Part shown: positions 7,528 through 16,334 of the stretch, in pieces | Layout: every line of letters begins with the position of its first letter | Numbering within the stretch: the first letter of the stretch is position 1 | Source of the DNA: Clostridia bacterium | GTDB taxonomy: Bacteria > Bacillota > Clostridia > TANB77 > CAG-465 | Length of the DNA stretch: 32,000 nucleotides | Direction: 5' to 3' | Assembly (NCBI GenBank): GCA_045536565.1 | Contig: JAZSNU010000003.1 | Span: forward strand, 38,994 to 70,993 | Notes under the pieces: generated by a model | What the model saw: only the letters and a program-made list of their open reading frames with translations | Told to the model about the DNA's origin: nothing | The model's database searches: none | Position numbers and translations under genes: made by a program

Positions 7528-8631
7528 TTAAGAATGGATTATATCGTTGATACTTTGTTTAAACCTAACACCTGTTTTCTCTTCGTATTTTGCTATAATC
7601 ATTTTTACATATTCAGGTTCGATATACTCATAGTGTGCAACTTTACCTTGCATTTTTTGTGTTTCTTTTTTATTCCATGTTTTACCGTTTTTGTAATCCA
7701 TAAGAAAACTAAAAATTGTAGCTTTTAAAATTTGTTTGTTATTATGACCTATTGTTATATCGCCATTGCTGTTTAGCATAATTCCCGTAATCCAACAACC
7801 ATTTGAATAATATAAATCATAATATTTACACTTTTTGTTATTGAGTTTTTGAGAAGGTAAACACATATTAAGTCTAGTTATTAGTGTTTTCTTTGTATTA
7901 GTAAAATCTCTTTTTGCTTTATACGGATTATCAAACGAAACAAATATATCATCTGCATATCTTGTGTAATGATATCTTCCCATATCGTTTGTCACATAGT
8001 AATCAAAAGGTATCATTAAAACATTACTTAGAAATGGAGAAGATGGTGCACCTTGGGCTAGACCTACTTTTCCTCCAAAATCATACATGCAAACTCTAAC
8101 GATAGGTTCTAAATATGTTGTGTCTAGTACACAAAAAGGATAAACTTTTTCCATTGCAGTCATTATGCTTTCAAAAGAACAATTTCTAAAGAAATCTTTT
8201 AAGTCGTAATGTAAGATAAGTTTATTTCCTTTATGCACTTTAACAAGTTCTTTCGTATTTTTACCTGGAACATACGCATAAGAAGAACATGGGAATAGTA
8301 AATTGAAATCATTAACAAACAAATTTACAAATCTTTTCATAAAATCCTTTAAGAATTCACAAGGCTCATCCATTCGCCGAAGACCACCAGATGATTTTCT
8401 TTTATAATGCGTTTTATATAATTTTTCTATCGTATAGTTTTCCAGAATATGAGAAGCTTCAATTGATAAAGAATAAAATTGTTGTAATAAATATGCATTT
8501 ACCTTTTCAATGTTTTTATCGCTTAATTTACTTACTATTCTGGTTTTGACAACACCGTCTGTGTCTTTTGCTGAATAAAAAAATTCTGGCCTTGGTGGAG
8601 ATAATGTAATTCCCCATTCACTCGTATCCAT
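7528..8631 (-). CDS. Reverse transcriptase, retron/UG(DRT)-like, stand-alone RT plus thumb (367 aa)
   Basis: YKRKSSGGLRRMDEPCEFLK (fingers), AYVPGKNTKELVKVH, LHYDLKDFF, LAQGAPSSPFLSNVLM, YTRYADDIFVSF (YADD at nt 7948-7959), WITGIMLN (VTG-like), then a C-terminal MQGKVAHYEYIEPEY thumb-like region. There is no maturase, endonuclease or effector domain. The SD is AGGAAG, 7 nt upstream of the ATG. Confidence 0.88.
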   Translation of the reverse strand: MDTSEWGITLSPPRPEFFYSAKDTDGVVKTRIVSKLSDKNIEKVNAYLLQQFYSLSIEASHILENYTIEKLYKTHYKRKSSGGLRRMDEPCEFLKDFMKRFVNLFVNDFNLLFPCSSYAYVPGKNTKELVKVHKGNKLILHYDLKDFFRNCSFESIMTAMEKVYPFCVLDTTYLEPIVRVCMYDFGGKVGLAQGAPSSPFLSNVLMIPFDYYVTNDMGRYHYTRYADDIFVSFDNPYKAKRDFTNTKKTLITRLNMCLPSQKLNNKKCKYYDLYYSNGCWITGIMLNSNGDITIGHNNKQILKATIFSFLMDYKNGKTWNKKETQKMQGKVAHYEYIEPEYVKMIIAKYEEKTGVRFKQSINDIIHS

Positions 8632-8688
8632 AAAATCACTTCCTTCTATAATAAATTTATTAAGAAATTTTATATATCTTACAAAATG

Positions 8689-8717
8689 ATTATACTATTA
8701 CAAGGTACAAAAATCAA
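8689..8717 (-). promoter_or_regulatory. Sigma-A promoter of the RT unit
   Basis: Minus strand TTGATT (8712-8717), 17-nt spacer, TATAAT (8689-8694). This leaves only a ~50 nt leader before the RT ATG. Confidence 0.65.
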
Positions 8718-8740
8718 GTTTATTAAAATGATATATACAA

Positions 8741-8768
8741 AAAGGAATGATTTTTAAACCATTCCTTT
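8741..8768 (-). terminator. Terminator of the upstream two-gene small-protein operon (overlaps its stop codon)
   Basis: 9-bp stem aaaggaatg / cattccttt. The minus-strand reading is followed by TTTTGTATAT. Confidence 0.6.
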
Positions 8769-8951
8769 AAGTTCGCTACACTCATCTGCTATTTCTTCTA
8801 CGGGTTTGTATCTCCATGCATAGTCCCAGTCCCAATCGTTGTTTTTGTATAACAGAAACTTAGGTGAACAACCATCTGTGGTTACAGCATATACTTTGTA
8901 TACAGTGGTATGTTTGCTAGTATCGTATTTTGATATAACTTTAAATAACAT
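8754..8951 (-). CDS. Small protein, paralog family member P1 (65 aa, one module)
   Basis: It shares the module M(F/L)xV...(I/V)YxVYxV...FL(L/I)Y...W.W(I/V)D...P with three neighbouring ORFs: MLFKVISKYDTSKHTTVYKVYAV...KFLLYKNNDWDWDYAWRYKP. Confidence 0.65.
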   Translation of the reverse strand: MLFKVISKYDTSKHTTVYKVYAVTTDGCSPKFLLYKNNDWDWDYAWRYKPVEEIADECSELKGMV

Positions 8952-8976
8952 GTTTAAAAATTCCTTTCTTTAAGTT

Positions 8977-9144
8977 TTAGTTGACTATATCGCCTAATTC
9001 AGCAGTATCATCTACATACTCGCAATGGTCCGAATCAATCCATGAAAATGTAAAGTCCCTCCATATCAAAAAGTATGTATACCCATCATCATACCGGGTT
9101 GAAAGCACTTTATAAATATTGTCATGATATTTAATTTTAAACAT
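8977..9144 (-). CDS. Small protein, paralog family member P2 (55 aa, one module)
   Basis: I chose the internal ATG at 9144 because AAGGGAG lies 7 nt upstream. The product MFKIKYHDNIYKVLSTRYDDGYTYFLIWRDFTFSWIDSD aligns with P1, P3 and P4. The ORF track's longer 79-aa version lacks an SD. Confidence 0.6.
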   Translation of the reverse strand: MFKIKYHDNIYKVLSTRYDDGYTYFLIWRDFTFSWIDSDHCEYVDDTAELGDIVN

Positions 9145-9195
9145 AAATCTGCTCCCTTCAAAATTATTTGTTAGATTTACATAAAATCTTAATAT

Positions 9196-9224
9196 ATTAT
9201 ATATTTTGTAGTGCAAAAAGTCAA
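9196..9224 (-). promoter_or_regulatory. Sigma-A promoter of the P2-P1 operon
   Basis: Minus strand TTGACT (9219-9224), 17-nt spacer, TATAAT (9196-9201). Confidence 0.65.
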
Positions 9225-9303
9225 GATTAAATGAATTAAAAGTACGGTATTTAAGTATGTTTTATGGTATACTATATAGGTATAAAAGAGGGGTAATGTT
9301 TGT

Positions 9304-10033
9304 ATGAGTATAGTTTTAGATATTTTAAGAGAACAAAAAGGAATAAAATTAAAAGGAAATATATATTATATAACACAAATTAATTTTGCATATAACAATA
9401 ATAAAATTGAAGGAGGTACTTTAACGAAAGAACAAACTAGATATATATATGAAACTAACACATTGATGTTAGAAGATGGAGAAAAGATAGCGAATGTTGA
9501 TGATATAATTGAAATGTCAAATCATTTTAAATTAGTTGATTATATGTTAGATGTCGCAGATAAAGAATTAACGGAAGATATGATTAAAGAATTCCATAGA
9601 ATATTAAAATCACGGTACATCTGATGAGAGAAAAGATTGGTTTAATGTTGGAGATTACAAAAAGTTAGCTAATGAGGTGGGAGGAAATCCAACAGCAAAC
9701 CCAAAAGATGTATCTAATATGATGAAAAAAATAATAGAAGAATTTAATGCTTTGGAAAAAGTTACCGTTGTAGATATAATAAAATTTCATAATGATTTTG
9801 AAAAAATACATCCATTCCAAGATGGAAATGGTAGGGTAGGTCGTATTATAATGTTTAAAGAGTGTTTAAAAAATAATATAGTACCATTTATAATTCTAGA
9901 CAAGGATAAGATGTTTTATTATAGAGGACTAAAAGAATATGAAAAAGAAAAAGGATATTTAATAGATACTTGTTTAAATGCGCAAGATCAGTATCAAAAA
10001 TTGTTAGATAAGTATATAAAAGAGTTATTATAA
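9304..10033 (+). pseudogene. Fic/DOC family (AMPylase-type) gene disrupted by a +1 frameshift
   Basis: ORF 9304-9624 encodes the N-terminal part (NNNKIEGGTLT). ORF 9677-10033 carries the Fic motif HPFQDGNGRVGR. The second frame is open back to about 9614 (GTSDEREKDWFNVGDYKKLANEVGGNP), so removing one nt near 9612-9616 joins them into a single ~240-aa Fic protein. Confidence 0.8.
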
Positions 10034-10040
10034 GTAAAAA

Positions 10041-10067
10041 AGTATACGCCAATTAATAGCGTATACT
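10041..10067. terminator. Bidirectional terminator between Fic (+) and the P4-P3 operon (-)
   Basis: 9-bp stem agtatacgc / gcgtatact, flanked by A6 on the left (a T-run on the minus strand) and ATTTGCTTTT on the right. Confidence 0.7.
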
Positions 10068-10076
10068 ATTTGCTTT

Positions 10077-10418
10077 TCATTCATCTAAAATGATGCATTT
10101 ATCATGTGGTACACTATACCATTTTCCGTTTTTAGAAAAATAAATCACATTGAAGTTTGTTGAGTCCATAGCCGTGGAATAGTGATTATGAATGAGTTCG
10201 ATTGCTTGGAAAAAAACGACTTGGTTTGTATCAATGAACCTGCATCTTCTTTGAAGTAGTTCGTCATTCGAGTATGGTATAACCTGTGCAGAATCGATCC
10301 ATTTTAATTTATTATTGACAATTGTTAAAAAGAAAATTCTTCCAAACCTTGACTCTACTGAATAAACATCATAAATTGAATTATCATCCTTCTTGTCTAT
10401 TCGCTTAACTTTAAACAT
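10077..10418 (-). CDS. Small protein, paralog family member P3 (113 aa, two modules)
   Basis: The N-terminal half MFKVKRIDKKDDNSIYDVYSVESRFGRIFFLTIVNNKLKWIDSAQVIP matches the family module. The C-terminal half (IELIHNHYSTAMDSTNFNVIYFSKNGKWYSVPHDKC) is a second, more degenerate copy. Confidence 0.65.
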   Translation of the reverse strand: MFKVKRIDKKDDNSIYDVYSVESRFGRIFFLTIVNNKLKWIDSAQVIPYSNDELLQRRCRFIDTNQVVFFQAIELIHNHYSTAMDSTNFNVIYFSKNGKWYSVPHDKCIILDE

Positions 10419-10446
10419 AAAATTTCTCCTTTTGATATAAAATAAT

Positions 10447-10767
10447 CTAGTTTGTTTCGTTTGGTGAAATTATTTCATAGATATTTGCATATACCAAATT
10501 CCACATTTTATTTTCATATATCAAATATTTTGTGGGATCGAAACTTGTTTCTTGATGAACAGCGTAAACTTTATTTATGATTTTTTTATCATCTTTTTTG
10601 GTTATCTCGAATAATTCTTTACATTGTGGTTTGAAATTATTGGCATCGACCCAACAAAAAATTTTATCATTTTTATTGTATACCAAGAATAAAGGACAAG
10701 TGTGACTAGGTCTTATCTCATAAACAGTATAGATTTCTTTGTTATTGATTCGCTGAACAGTTAACAT
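10447..10767 (-). CDS. Small protein, paralog family member P4 (106 aa, two modules)
   Basis: I chose the ATG at 10767 because AGGAG lies 8 nt upstream; the ORF track starts 6 codons earlier at 10785. The product is MLTVQRINNKEIYTVYEIRPSHTCPLFLVYNKNDKIFCWVDANNFKP plus a second copy, INKVYAVHQETSFDPTKYLIYENKMWNLVYANIYEI. Confidence 0.65.
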   Translation of the reverse strand: MLTVQRINNKEIYTVYEIRPSHTCPLFLVYNKNDKIFCWVDANNFKPQCKELFEITKKDDKKIINKVYAVHQETSFDPTKYLIYENKMWNLVYANIYEIISPNETN

Positions 10768-10821
10768 TTTATTTTCTCCTTTCAAAATTATTTTTTAGAC
10801 TAAATGTTCAAATTTAGCTAT

Positions 10822-10850
10822 ATTATATCATATGTTTAGATAATTGTAAA
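10822..10850 (-). promoter_or_regulatory. Sigma-A promoter of the P4-P3 operon
   Basis: Minus strand TTTACA (10845-10850), 17-nt spacer, TATAAT (10822-10827). Confidence 0.6.
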
Positions 10851-10912
10851 TGACAAATGTTACAAAAATATTACAAAGTATAAAAATATGCTAATTTTTT
10901 GGGCAAAAACAC

Positions 10913-10941
10913 TTGATTTTTTACTTTTTATAGTTTATAAT
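10913..10941 (+). promoter_or_regulatory. Sigma-A promoter of the S10 ribosomal protein operon, followed by a ~215 nt leader
   Basis: TTGATT (10913-10918), 17-nt spacer, TATAAT (10936-10941). Confidence 0.7.
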
Positions 10942-11163
10942 ATGAGTATTGATTTGCGTAGAAGTGGGATGTGGCTATCCTGAGAGATAGGGAACTTCCA
11001 TGGAGCATGTCTGATTTAAAATCGGGCGGCAAGTATATAATTTGTATTTGCCAAATTTAAAAACTGTTATTTAGATTTGGCTTTCTTTACGGATTAGTTA
11101 CGAAACACACGGGGTAGTGTAAAACTTGCGAGTCCTTGAAATCATAGTAAAGGAGAGATAAAA

Positions 11164-11481
11164 ATGGCAAAAACAAATGTATCTAAAATGAGAATAAGAT
11201 TAAAAGCTTATGATCACGTAGTGCTAGAGCAAACAGCATCTAAGATAGTTGACGTGGCTAAAAATTCTGGAGCAGCAGTTTCTGGTCCAATTCCACTACC
11301 AACTAAAAAGGAAATCATAACAATCTTACGTAGTCCTCACAAACACAAAGATTCAAGAGAACAATTTGAAATGAGAACTCACAAAAGAGTTATCGATGTT
11401 GTAGCACCAAACCAAGCAACAGTTGATGCGTTAATGGCAATAGATATGCCAGCTGGTGTTGAAATCGAAGTTAAACTTTAA
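11164..11481 (+). CDS. rpsJ: 30S ribosomal protein S10
   Basis: [41 protein letters not shown]; first gene of the S10 operon. Confidence 0.97.
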   Translation: MAKTNVSKMRIRLKAYDHVVLEQTASKIVDVAKNSGAAVSGPIPLPTKKEIITILRSPHKHKDSREQFEMRTHKRVIDVVAPNQATVDALMAIDMPAGVEIEVKL

Positions 11482-11591
11482 TAATATTTAGTAGTCATCC
11501 TGAATAGTTCAGGCAAGTGACATACCCTATACTAAATATGGCATAAAAGAATAACTTAAAAGTTTAGAGTATTTAAAAGGGAGGAAAAAAC

Positions 11592-12221
11592 ATGAAAGAG
11601 ATTTACGGTAAAAAATTAGGAATGACTCAAATCTTTGATCAAGATGGTGTAGCTATTCCAGTAACTGTAATCGAAGTTGAACCTATGACAGTTGTAGCTA
11701 AAAAAACAGTTGAAAAAGAAGGTTACAATGCAATAGTAGTAAGCTTTGGAGAAATCAAAGAAAAGAATGTAAATAAACCACAAAAAGGAATATTTGCAAA
11801 AGCAGGAGTACCTGTAAAAAGAAATCTAAAAGAAATTAAATTAGATAACGTTGATGAATACGAAATAGGTGCAGAAATTGACCTAACAGTATTTGAAGAT
11901 GGTGACATGGTTGATGTTAGAGGTGTTTCAAAAGGTAAAGGATTCCAAGGAAACATTAAAAGACATGGTCAACATAGAGGACCTTCATCACATGGTTCTA
12001 ACTATCATAGAAGACCAGGTTCTATGGGAGCAACTTCTACTCCAGGTAGAGTATTTAAAGGTAAAAAACTTCCAGGACATATGGGTAACGTAAACAGAGC
12101 AGTGCTTAACTTAAAAGTAGTTAAAGTAGATACTGACAAAAAAGCAATTTTAGTTAAAGGTTCAGTACCTGGTGCTAAAGGAGCAACATTAAATATTAAG
12201 AAAAGTGTAAAATCAAACTAA
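11592..12221 (+). CDS. rplC: 50S ribosomal protein L3
   Basis: [27 protein letters not shown]; conserved operon position. Confidence 0.97.
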   Translation: MKEIYGKKLGMTQIFDQDGVAIPVTVIEVEPMTVVAKKTVEKEGYNAIVVSFGEIKEKNVNKPQKGIFAKAGVPVKRNLKEIKLDNVDEYEIGAEIDLTVFEDGDMVDVRGVSKGKGFQGNIKRHGQHRGPSSHGSNYHRRPGSMGATSTPGRVFKGKKLPGHMGNVNRAVLNLKVVKVDTDKKAILVKGSVPGAKGATLNIKKSVKSN

Positions 12222-12239
12222 TAGGGAGGAGGAAATATA

Positions 12240-12860
12240 ATGCTTAAAACAGACGTATTAGATATGAAGGGTAAAAAAGTATCAGACATCGAACTAAGTG
12301 ATGCAGTTTTTGGTGTAGAAGTAAATGAAATTGCAGTTCATGAAGCATTAGTTAATTTCTTAGCTAATCAAAGACAAGGAACTCAAAGCACAAAAACAAG
12401 AGCAGAAGTTCGTGGTGGTGGTAAAAAACCATGGAGACAAAAAGGAACTGGTAGAGCAAGACAAGGAAGCATAAGAGCTCCACAATGGATAAAAGGTGGT
12501 ATCGCACTTGGACCAAAACCAAGATCATACAGATACTCAATTCCAAAGAAAGTAAGAATGCTTGCTATAAAATCAATACTTACTTCAAAATTATCTGAAG
12601 GTAATTTAGTAGTAGTAGATAAAATAGAATTAAAAGAAATTAAAACAGCGGCTATGGTAAAAGCGCTTAAAGCTTTAAAAGCTGAAAAAGCTTTAGTAAT
12701 GTTAAATGAAAAGAACTTAAATGTTCAAGCATCTAGCAGAAACATAGAAAACGTTAAAACTACATTAGTAAATACAATAAATGTTTATGATTTATTAAAA
12801 TACGAAAAATTAGTTATTGACGTTCAAGCTGTAAAGAGCCTAGAGGAGGTGTACGCATAA
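12240..12860 (+). CDS. rplD: 50S ribosomal protein L4
   Basis: [33 protein letters not shown]; conserved operon position. Confidence 0.97.
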   Translation: MLKTDVLDMKGKKVSDIELSDAVFGVEVNEIAVHEALVNFLANQRQGTQSTKTRAEVRGGGKKPWRQKGTGRARQGSIRAPQWIKGGIALGPKPRSYRYSIPKKVRMLAIKSILTSKLSEGNLVVVDKIELKEIKTAAMVKALKALKAEKALVMLNEKNLNVQASSRNIENVKTTLVNTINVYDLLKYEKLVIDVQAVKSLEEVYA

Positions 12861-12861
12861 G

Positions 12862-13221
12862 ATGAAATACGCAGAAGATATAATCGTAAGACCAATAATA
12901 ACTGAAAAAAGTTATGAAGCAATGGCAGATGGTAAATATACTTTTGAAGTAGCAGTAAACGCTACTAAGTTAGAAATAAAAAATGCAGTTGAAAAATTAT
13001 TTTCTGTTAAAGTTAAAAAAGTTAACACTCTTAGATACGATGGTAAAATGAAAAGAGTTGGAGCACACCTAGGAAAAACAAAAGCTTGGAAAAAAGCAAT
13101 AGTACAAATTGATACTAACCCATCTGAAGAAAAATATATGACTAAAGGTGGAAAAGTAGTAACAAGTAATAAAAAATATAAAACAGAAATAGAAGAAATC
13201 AGCTCAGCATTTGCTAAGTAG
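12862..13221 (+). CDS. rplW: 50S ribosomal protein L23 (with a ~20-aa C-terminal extension)
   Basis: [21 protein letters not shown]; conserved operon position. Confidence 0.93.
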   Translation: MKYAEDIIVRPIITEKSYEAMADGKYTFEVAVNATKLEIKNAVEKLFSVKVKKVNTLRYDGKMKRVGAHLGKTKAWKKAIVQIDTNPSEEKYMTKGGKVVTSNKKYKTEIEEISSAFAK

Positions 13222-13239
13222 TAAAAGGAGGAAATCAAA

Positions 13240-14073
13240 GTGGGAATAAAATCATTTAAACCAGTTACTCCATCTAGAAGACAAATGACAGTTTTAACTT
13301 ATGATGAAATAACAAAACATGAACCAGAAAAAGCTTTACTTTCAAAAGTTAAGAAAAATGCTGGTAGAAACTCATCAGGAAGAATAACTGTTAGACATCA
13401 AGGTGGCGGTGCTAGAAGAAAATATAGAATAATTGATTTTAAAAGAAACAAAGTTGATATGGAAGCTACTGTAATTGGTATCGAATATGATCCAAACAGA
13501 AGTGCAAATATTGCTTTAATAGAATATGAAGATAAAACAAGAGCATATATAATTGCTCCAATTGGTTTAACAGATGGTGATAAAGTTATATCTGCAGAAA
13601 CAGCTGATATAAAACCAGGTAACTGTATGCCAATAAAATCAATCCCTGTTGGTACAATGATACACAACATTGAAATGCACAAAGGTAAAGGTGCACAACT
13701 TGTAAGAAGTGCAGGAGATGCAGCACAACTTATGGCAAAAGAAGGAAAATACGCACATGTAAGAATGCCTTCTGGCGAAATGAGATTAATACCTGTTGAT
13801 TGTAAAGCAACAATCGGAACAGTAGGAAACACTGATCACTCAAATGTTGTTTTAGGTAAAGCAGGAAGAACAAGACATATGGGAATAAGACCTACTGTAA
13901 GAGGTAGCGTAATGAACCCTTGCGATCACCCTCATGGTGGTGGTGAAGGTAAAGCACCAGTAGGAAGACCAGGACCAGTTACTCCTTGGGGTAAACCAGC
14001 ACTTGGTTATAAAACGCGTAAGAAAAACCATAGAACAGATAAATATATCGTTAAGAGAAGAAATAGTAAATAA
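13240..14073 (+). CDS. rplB: 50S ribosomal protein L2
   Basis: GTG start after [38 protein letters not shown]. Confidence 0.97.
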   Translation: MGIKSFKPVTPSRRQMTVLTYDEITKHEPEKALLSKVKKNAGRNSSGRITVRHQGGGARRKYRIIDFKRNKVDMEATVIGIEYDPNRSANIALIEYEDKTRAYIIAPIGLTDGDKVISAETADIKPGNCMPIKSIPVGTMIHNIEMHKGKGAQLVRSAGDAAQLMAKEGKYAHVRMPSGEMRLIPVDCKATIGTVGNTDHSNVVLGKAGRTRHMGIRPTVRGSVMNPCDHPHGGGEGKAPVGRPGPVTPWGKPALGYKTRKKNHRTDKYIVKRRNSK

Positions 14074-14093
14074 TAGATTGGGAGGTAAAGTCT

Positions 14094-14375
14094 ATGTCAA
14101 GATCGCTTAAAAAAGGACCTTATGTTGACGCTAAGTTACTTGCAAGAATCGAAAAAATGAACGAAGAAGATAAAAAAGTAGCTTTAAAAACATGGTCAAG
14201 ATCTTCTACAATTTATCCTCAAATGATTGGTCACACAATCGCAGTACATGATGGAAGAAAACATGTTCCAGTATATGTAACTGAGGAAATGGTAGGACAC
14301 AAATTAGGAGAATTTGCTCCAACAAGATTTTTCAGAGGTCATGCGGGAGATAAAAAAAGCAAATTAAAGAAATAA
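14094..14375 (+). CDS. rpsS: 30S ribosomal protein S19
   Basis: [30 protein letters not shown]. Confidence 0.97.
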   Translation: MSRSLKKGPYVDAKLLARIEKMNEEDKKVALKTWSRSSTIYPQMIGHTIAVHDGRKHVPVYVTEEMVGHKLGEFAPTRFFRGHAGDKKSKLKK

Positions 14376-14400
14376 GAAATTAAGTAAGGAGGAGCCTTAA

Positions 14401-14736
14401 ATGGAAGCAAGAGCAGAACTTAAATATGCTAGAATAAGTAGCAGAAAAGTTAAGATAGTAATTGACCTTATAAAAGGTAAACCTGCTAAAGAAGCAGCTA
14501 CAATATTAAAATATACTAATAAAGCTGCAGCACCAATAGTAGGAAAATTATTAAAATCAGCTATTGCAAATGCAACAAACAACCATAACATGGATGAAAC
14601 TAAATTAGTTGTTGCAGAAGCATATGCTAATCAAGGACCTACATTAAAGAGAATTATGCCAAGAGCTCAAGGTAGAGCTTATCAAATAAGAAAAAGAACT
14701 AGCCATATAACAATCGTATTAAAAGAGGCTAACTAA
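14401..14736 (+). CDS. rplV: 50S ribosomal protein L22
   Basis: [47 protein letters not shown]. Confidence 0.97.
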   Translation: MEARAELKYARISSRKVKIVIDLIKGKPAKEAATILKYTNKAAAPIVGKLLKSAIANATNNHNMDETKLVVAEAYANQGPTLKRIMPRAQGRAYQIRKRTSHITIVLKEAN

Positions 14737-14754
14737 TAAAAGGAGGAACTATTT

Positions 14755-15411
14755 ATGGGTCAAAAAGTAAGTCCACATGGTTTAAGAGTTGGAATTATAA
14801 AAGATTGGTCTTCTAAATGGTATGCAAACAAACAAGATTTTGCAGACAACTTAGTAGAAGATAACAAAATCCGTGTATACTTAAAGAAACTTTTAAAGCC
14901 AGCTGGAATATCTCAAATAGATATTGAAAGAAAAAATGAAGAAGTAAAAGTTAATCTATACACAGCAAAACCTGGAATGATAATCGGAAAAGGTGGAGCA
15001 GCAATAGAAGAATTAAAAACTAAATTAGACAAAATGACAGGTAAAAACGTATCAATAAATATAGTAGAAATCAAAAACATTGATATGGACGCTACACTTG
15101 TTGCAGAAAACATAGCATTACAACTTGAAAAGAGAATATCTTTCAGAAGAGCTATGAAACAATGCATGTCAAGAACAATGAAAGCAGGAGCTTTAGGTAT
15201 TAAAACTCAAGTTTCTGGAAGACTTGGCGGTGCTGAAATCGCAAGAAGCGAACATTATAGTGAAGGAACAATTCCTCTTCAAACTTTAAGAGCAGATATT
15301 GATTATGGATTTGCGGAAGCAAAAACAACATATGGAATAATCGGTGTTAAAGTTTGGATATACAAAGGTGAAGTTTTACCTGCTAAAAAAGAAGTAAAAG
15401 GAGGTAAATAA
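14755..15411 (+). CDS. rpsC: 30S ribosomal protein S3
   Basis: [16 protein letters not shown]-domain [20 protein letters not shown]. Confidence 0.97.
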   Translation: MGQKVSPHGLRVGIIKDWSSKWYANKQDFADNLVEDNKIRVYLKKLLKPAGISQIDIERKNEEVKVNLYTAKPGMIIGKGGAAIEELKTKLDKMTGKNVSINIVEIKNIDMDATLVAENIALQLEKRISFRRAMKQCMSRTMKAGALGIKTQVSGRLGGAEIARSEHYSEGTIPLQTLRADIDYGFAEAKTTYGIIGVKVWIYKGEVLPAKKEVKGGK

Positions 15412-15413
15412 TC

Positions 15414-15845
15414 ATGTTATCACCAAAAAGAGTAAAACATAGAAAAGTTCAAAAGGGAGTTGGAAAAGGAAAAGCTACTCGTGGAACTAAATTAGCATTT
15501 GGAGATTATGGTATTCAAGCATTAGAACCAGCATGGATAACAGCTAACCAAATCGAATCAGCCAGAATAACACTTTCAAGATATACTAAAAAAGTTGGTA
15601 AAACATACATCAAGATTTTCCCAGATAAACCAATAACTAAGAAAGCTGCTGAAACTCGTATGGGATCTGGTAAAGGTAACCCAGAATACTTCGTAGCACC
15701 AGTTAAAGCTGGAAGAATATTATTCGAAGTAGCAGGTCTTCCAGAAGCAGATGCTAGAGAAGCGTTAAGAAAAGCTATTCACAAACTTCCTATTAGATGT
15801 AAAATAGTATCTAAAGAAGACGTGGGAGGTATAGCTCATGAATAA
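15414..15845 (+). CDS. rplP: 50S ribosomal protein L16
   Basis: [23 protein letters not shown]. Confidence 0.97.
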   Translation: MLSPKRVKHRKVQKGVGKGKATRGTKLAFGDYGIQALEPAWITANQIESARITLSRYTKKVGKTYIKIFPDKPITKKAAETRMGSGKGNPEYFVAPVKAGRILFEVAGLPEADAREALRKAIHKLPIRCKIVSKEDVGGIAHE

Positions 15846-16044
15846 AAATATGGAAAAATACAATAAAATGAGTAAAGAAGATTTACTAAAAGAATTAAAA
15901 GAATTAAAACAAGAGTTGTTCAAATTAAGATTTGGTCTTGCAATGAATGGATTAGACAACCCAAATAAAATAAAGGAAACTAAGAAAAACATAGCAAGAG
16001 TAAATACAGTATTAACAACATTAGAAAAAGGAAGTAAAGAATAG
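15838..16044 (+). CDS. rpmC: 50S ribosomal protein L29
   Basis: [17 protein letters not shown]. It overlaps the rplP stop by 8 nt, and GGGAGG lies 6 nt upstream. Confidence 0.9.
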   Translation: MNKNMEKYNKMSKEDLLKELKELKQELFKLRFGLAMNGLDNPNKIKETKKNIARVNTVLTTLEKGSKE

Positions 16045-16056
16045 GAGGTAAGTTTA

Positions 16057-16311
16057 GTGGAAAGAAATGCTAGAAAAACAAAAATTGGTAAAGTAGTATC
16101 AAATAAAATGGATAAGACAATAGTTGTAAGAATAGACACTAAGTTTAAACATCCGCTTTATAACAAAATTCAAAATGAGACATTAAAAATAAAAGCTCAT
16201 GATGAAAATAACGAATGTGGCATCGGTGATATTGTAGAAGTAATGGAAACAAGACCACTTAGCCGTGATAAAAGATATAGACTTGTTAGAATAGTTGAAA
16301 AGGCTAAGTAA
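16057..16311 (+). CDS. rpsQ: 30S ribosomal protein S17
   Basis: GTG start. [33 protein letters not shown]. Confidence 0.95.
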   Translation: MERNARKTKIGKVVSNKMDKTIVVRIDTKFKHPLYNKIQNETLKIKAHDENNECGIGDIVEVMETRPLSRDKRYRLVRIVEKAK

Positions 16312-16334
16312 TAGAAAAGGAGGTAAAACGCGCT

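Noticed and set aside
7020-8631. Group II intron, DGR or canonical retron interpretation of the RT
   Set aside because: Group II intron: the protein has no maturase/X or endonuclease domain, and I see no domain V-like GNRA hairpin. DGR: there is no template/variable repeat pair or target gene nearby. Canonical retron: there is no room for msr/msd upstream, since the leader is only ~50 nt. The best a1/a2-like inverted repeat I could find around the structured region is only 7 bp (7319-7325 with 7494-7500), and no convincing branching-G context is present.
9304-10033. Two separate genes (106 aa and 118 aa)
   Set aside because: The second frame is open upstream to within a few nt of the first ORF's stop and continues the same Fic-family sequence. 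A single frameshifted gene is the simpler reading.
10942-11163. Riboswitch, tRNA or known leader RNA in the ~215-nt rpsJ leader
   Set aside because: I see only short local hairpins, with no cloverleaf and no motif I can match to a known riboswitch or ribosomal-protein leader. It is left as an unclassified 5' UTR.
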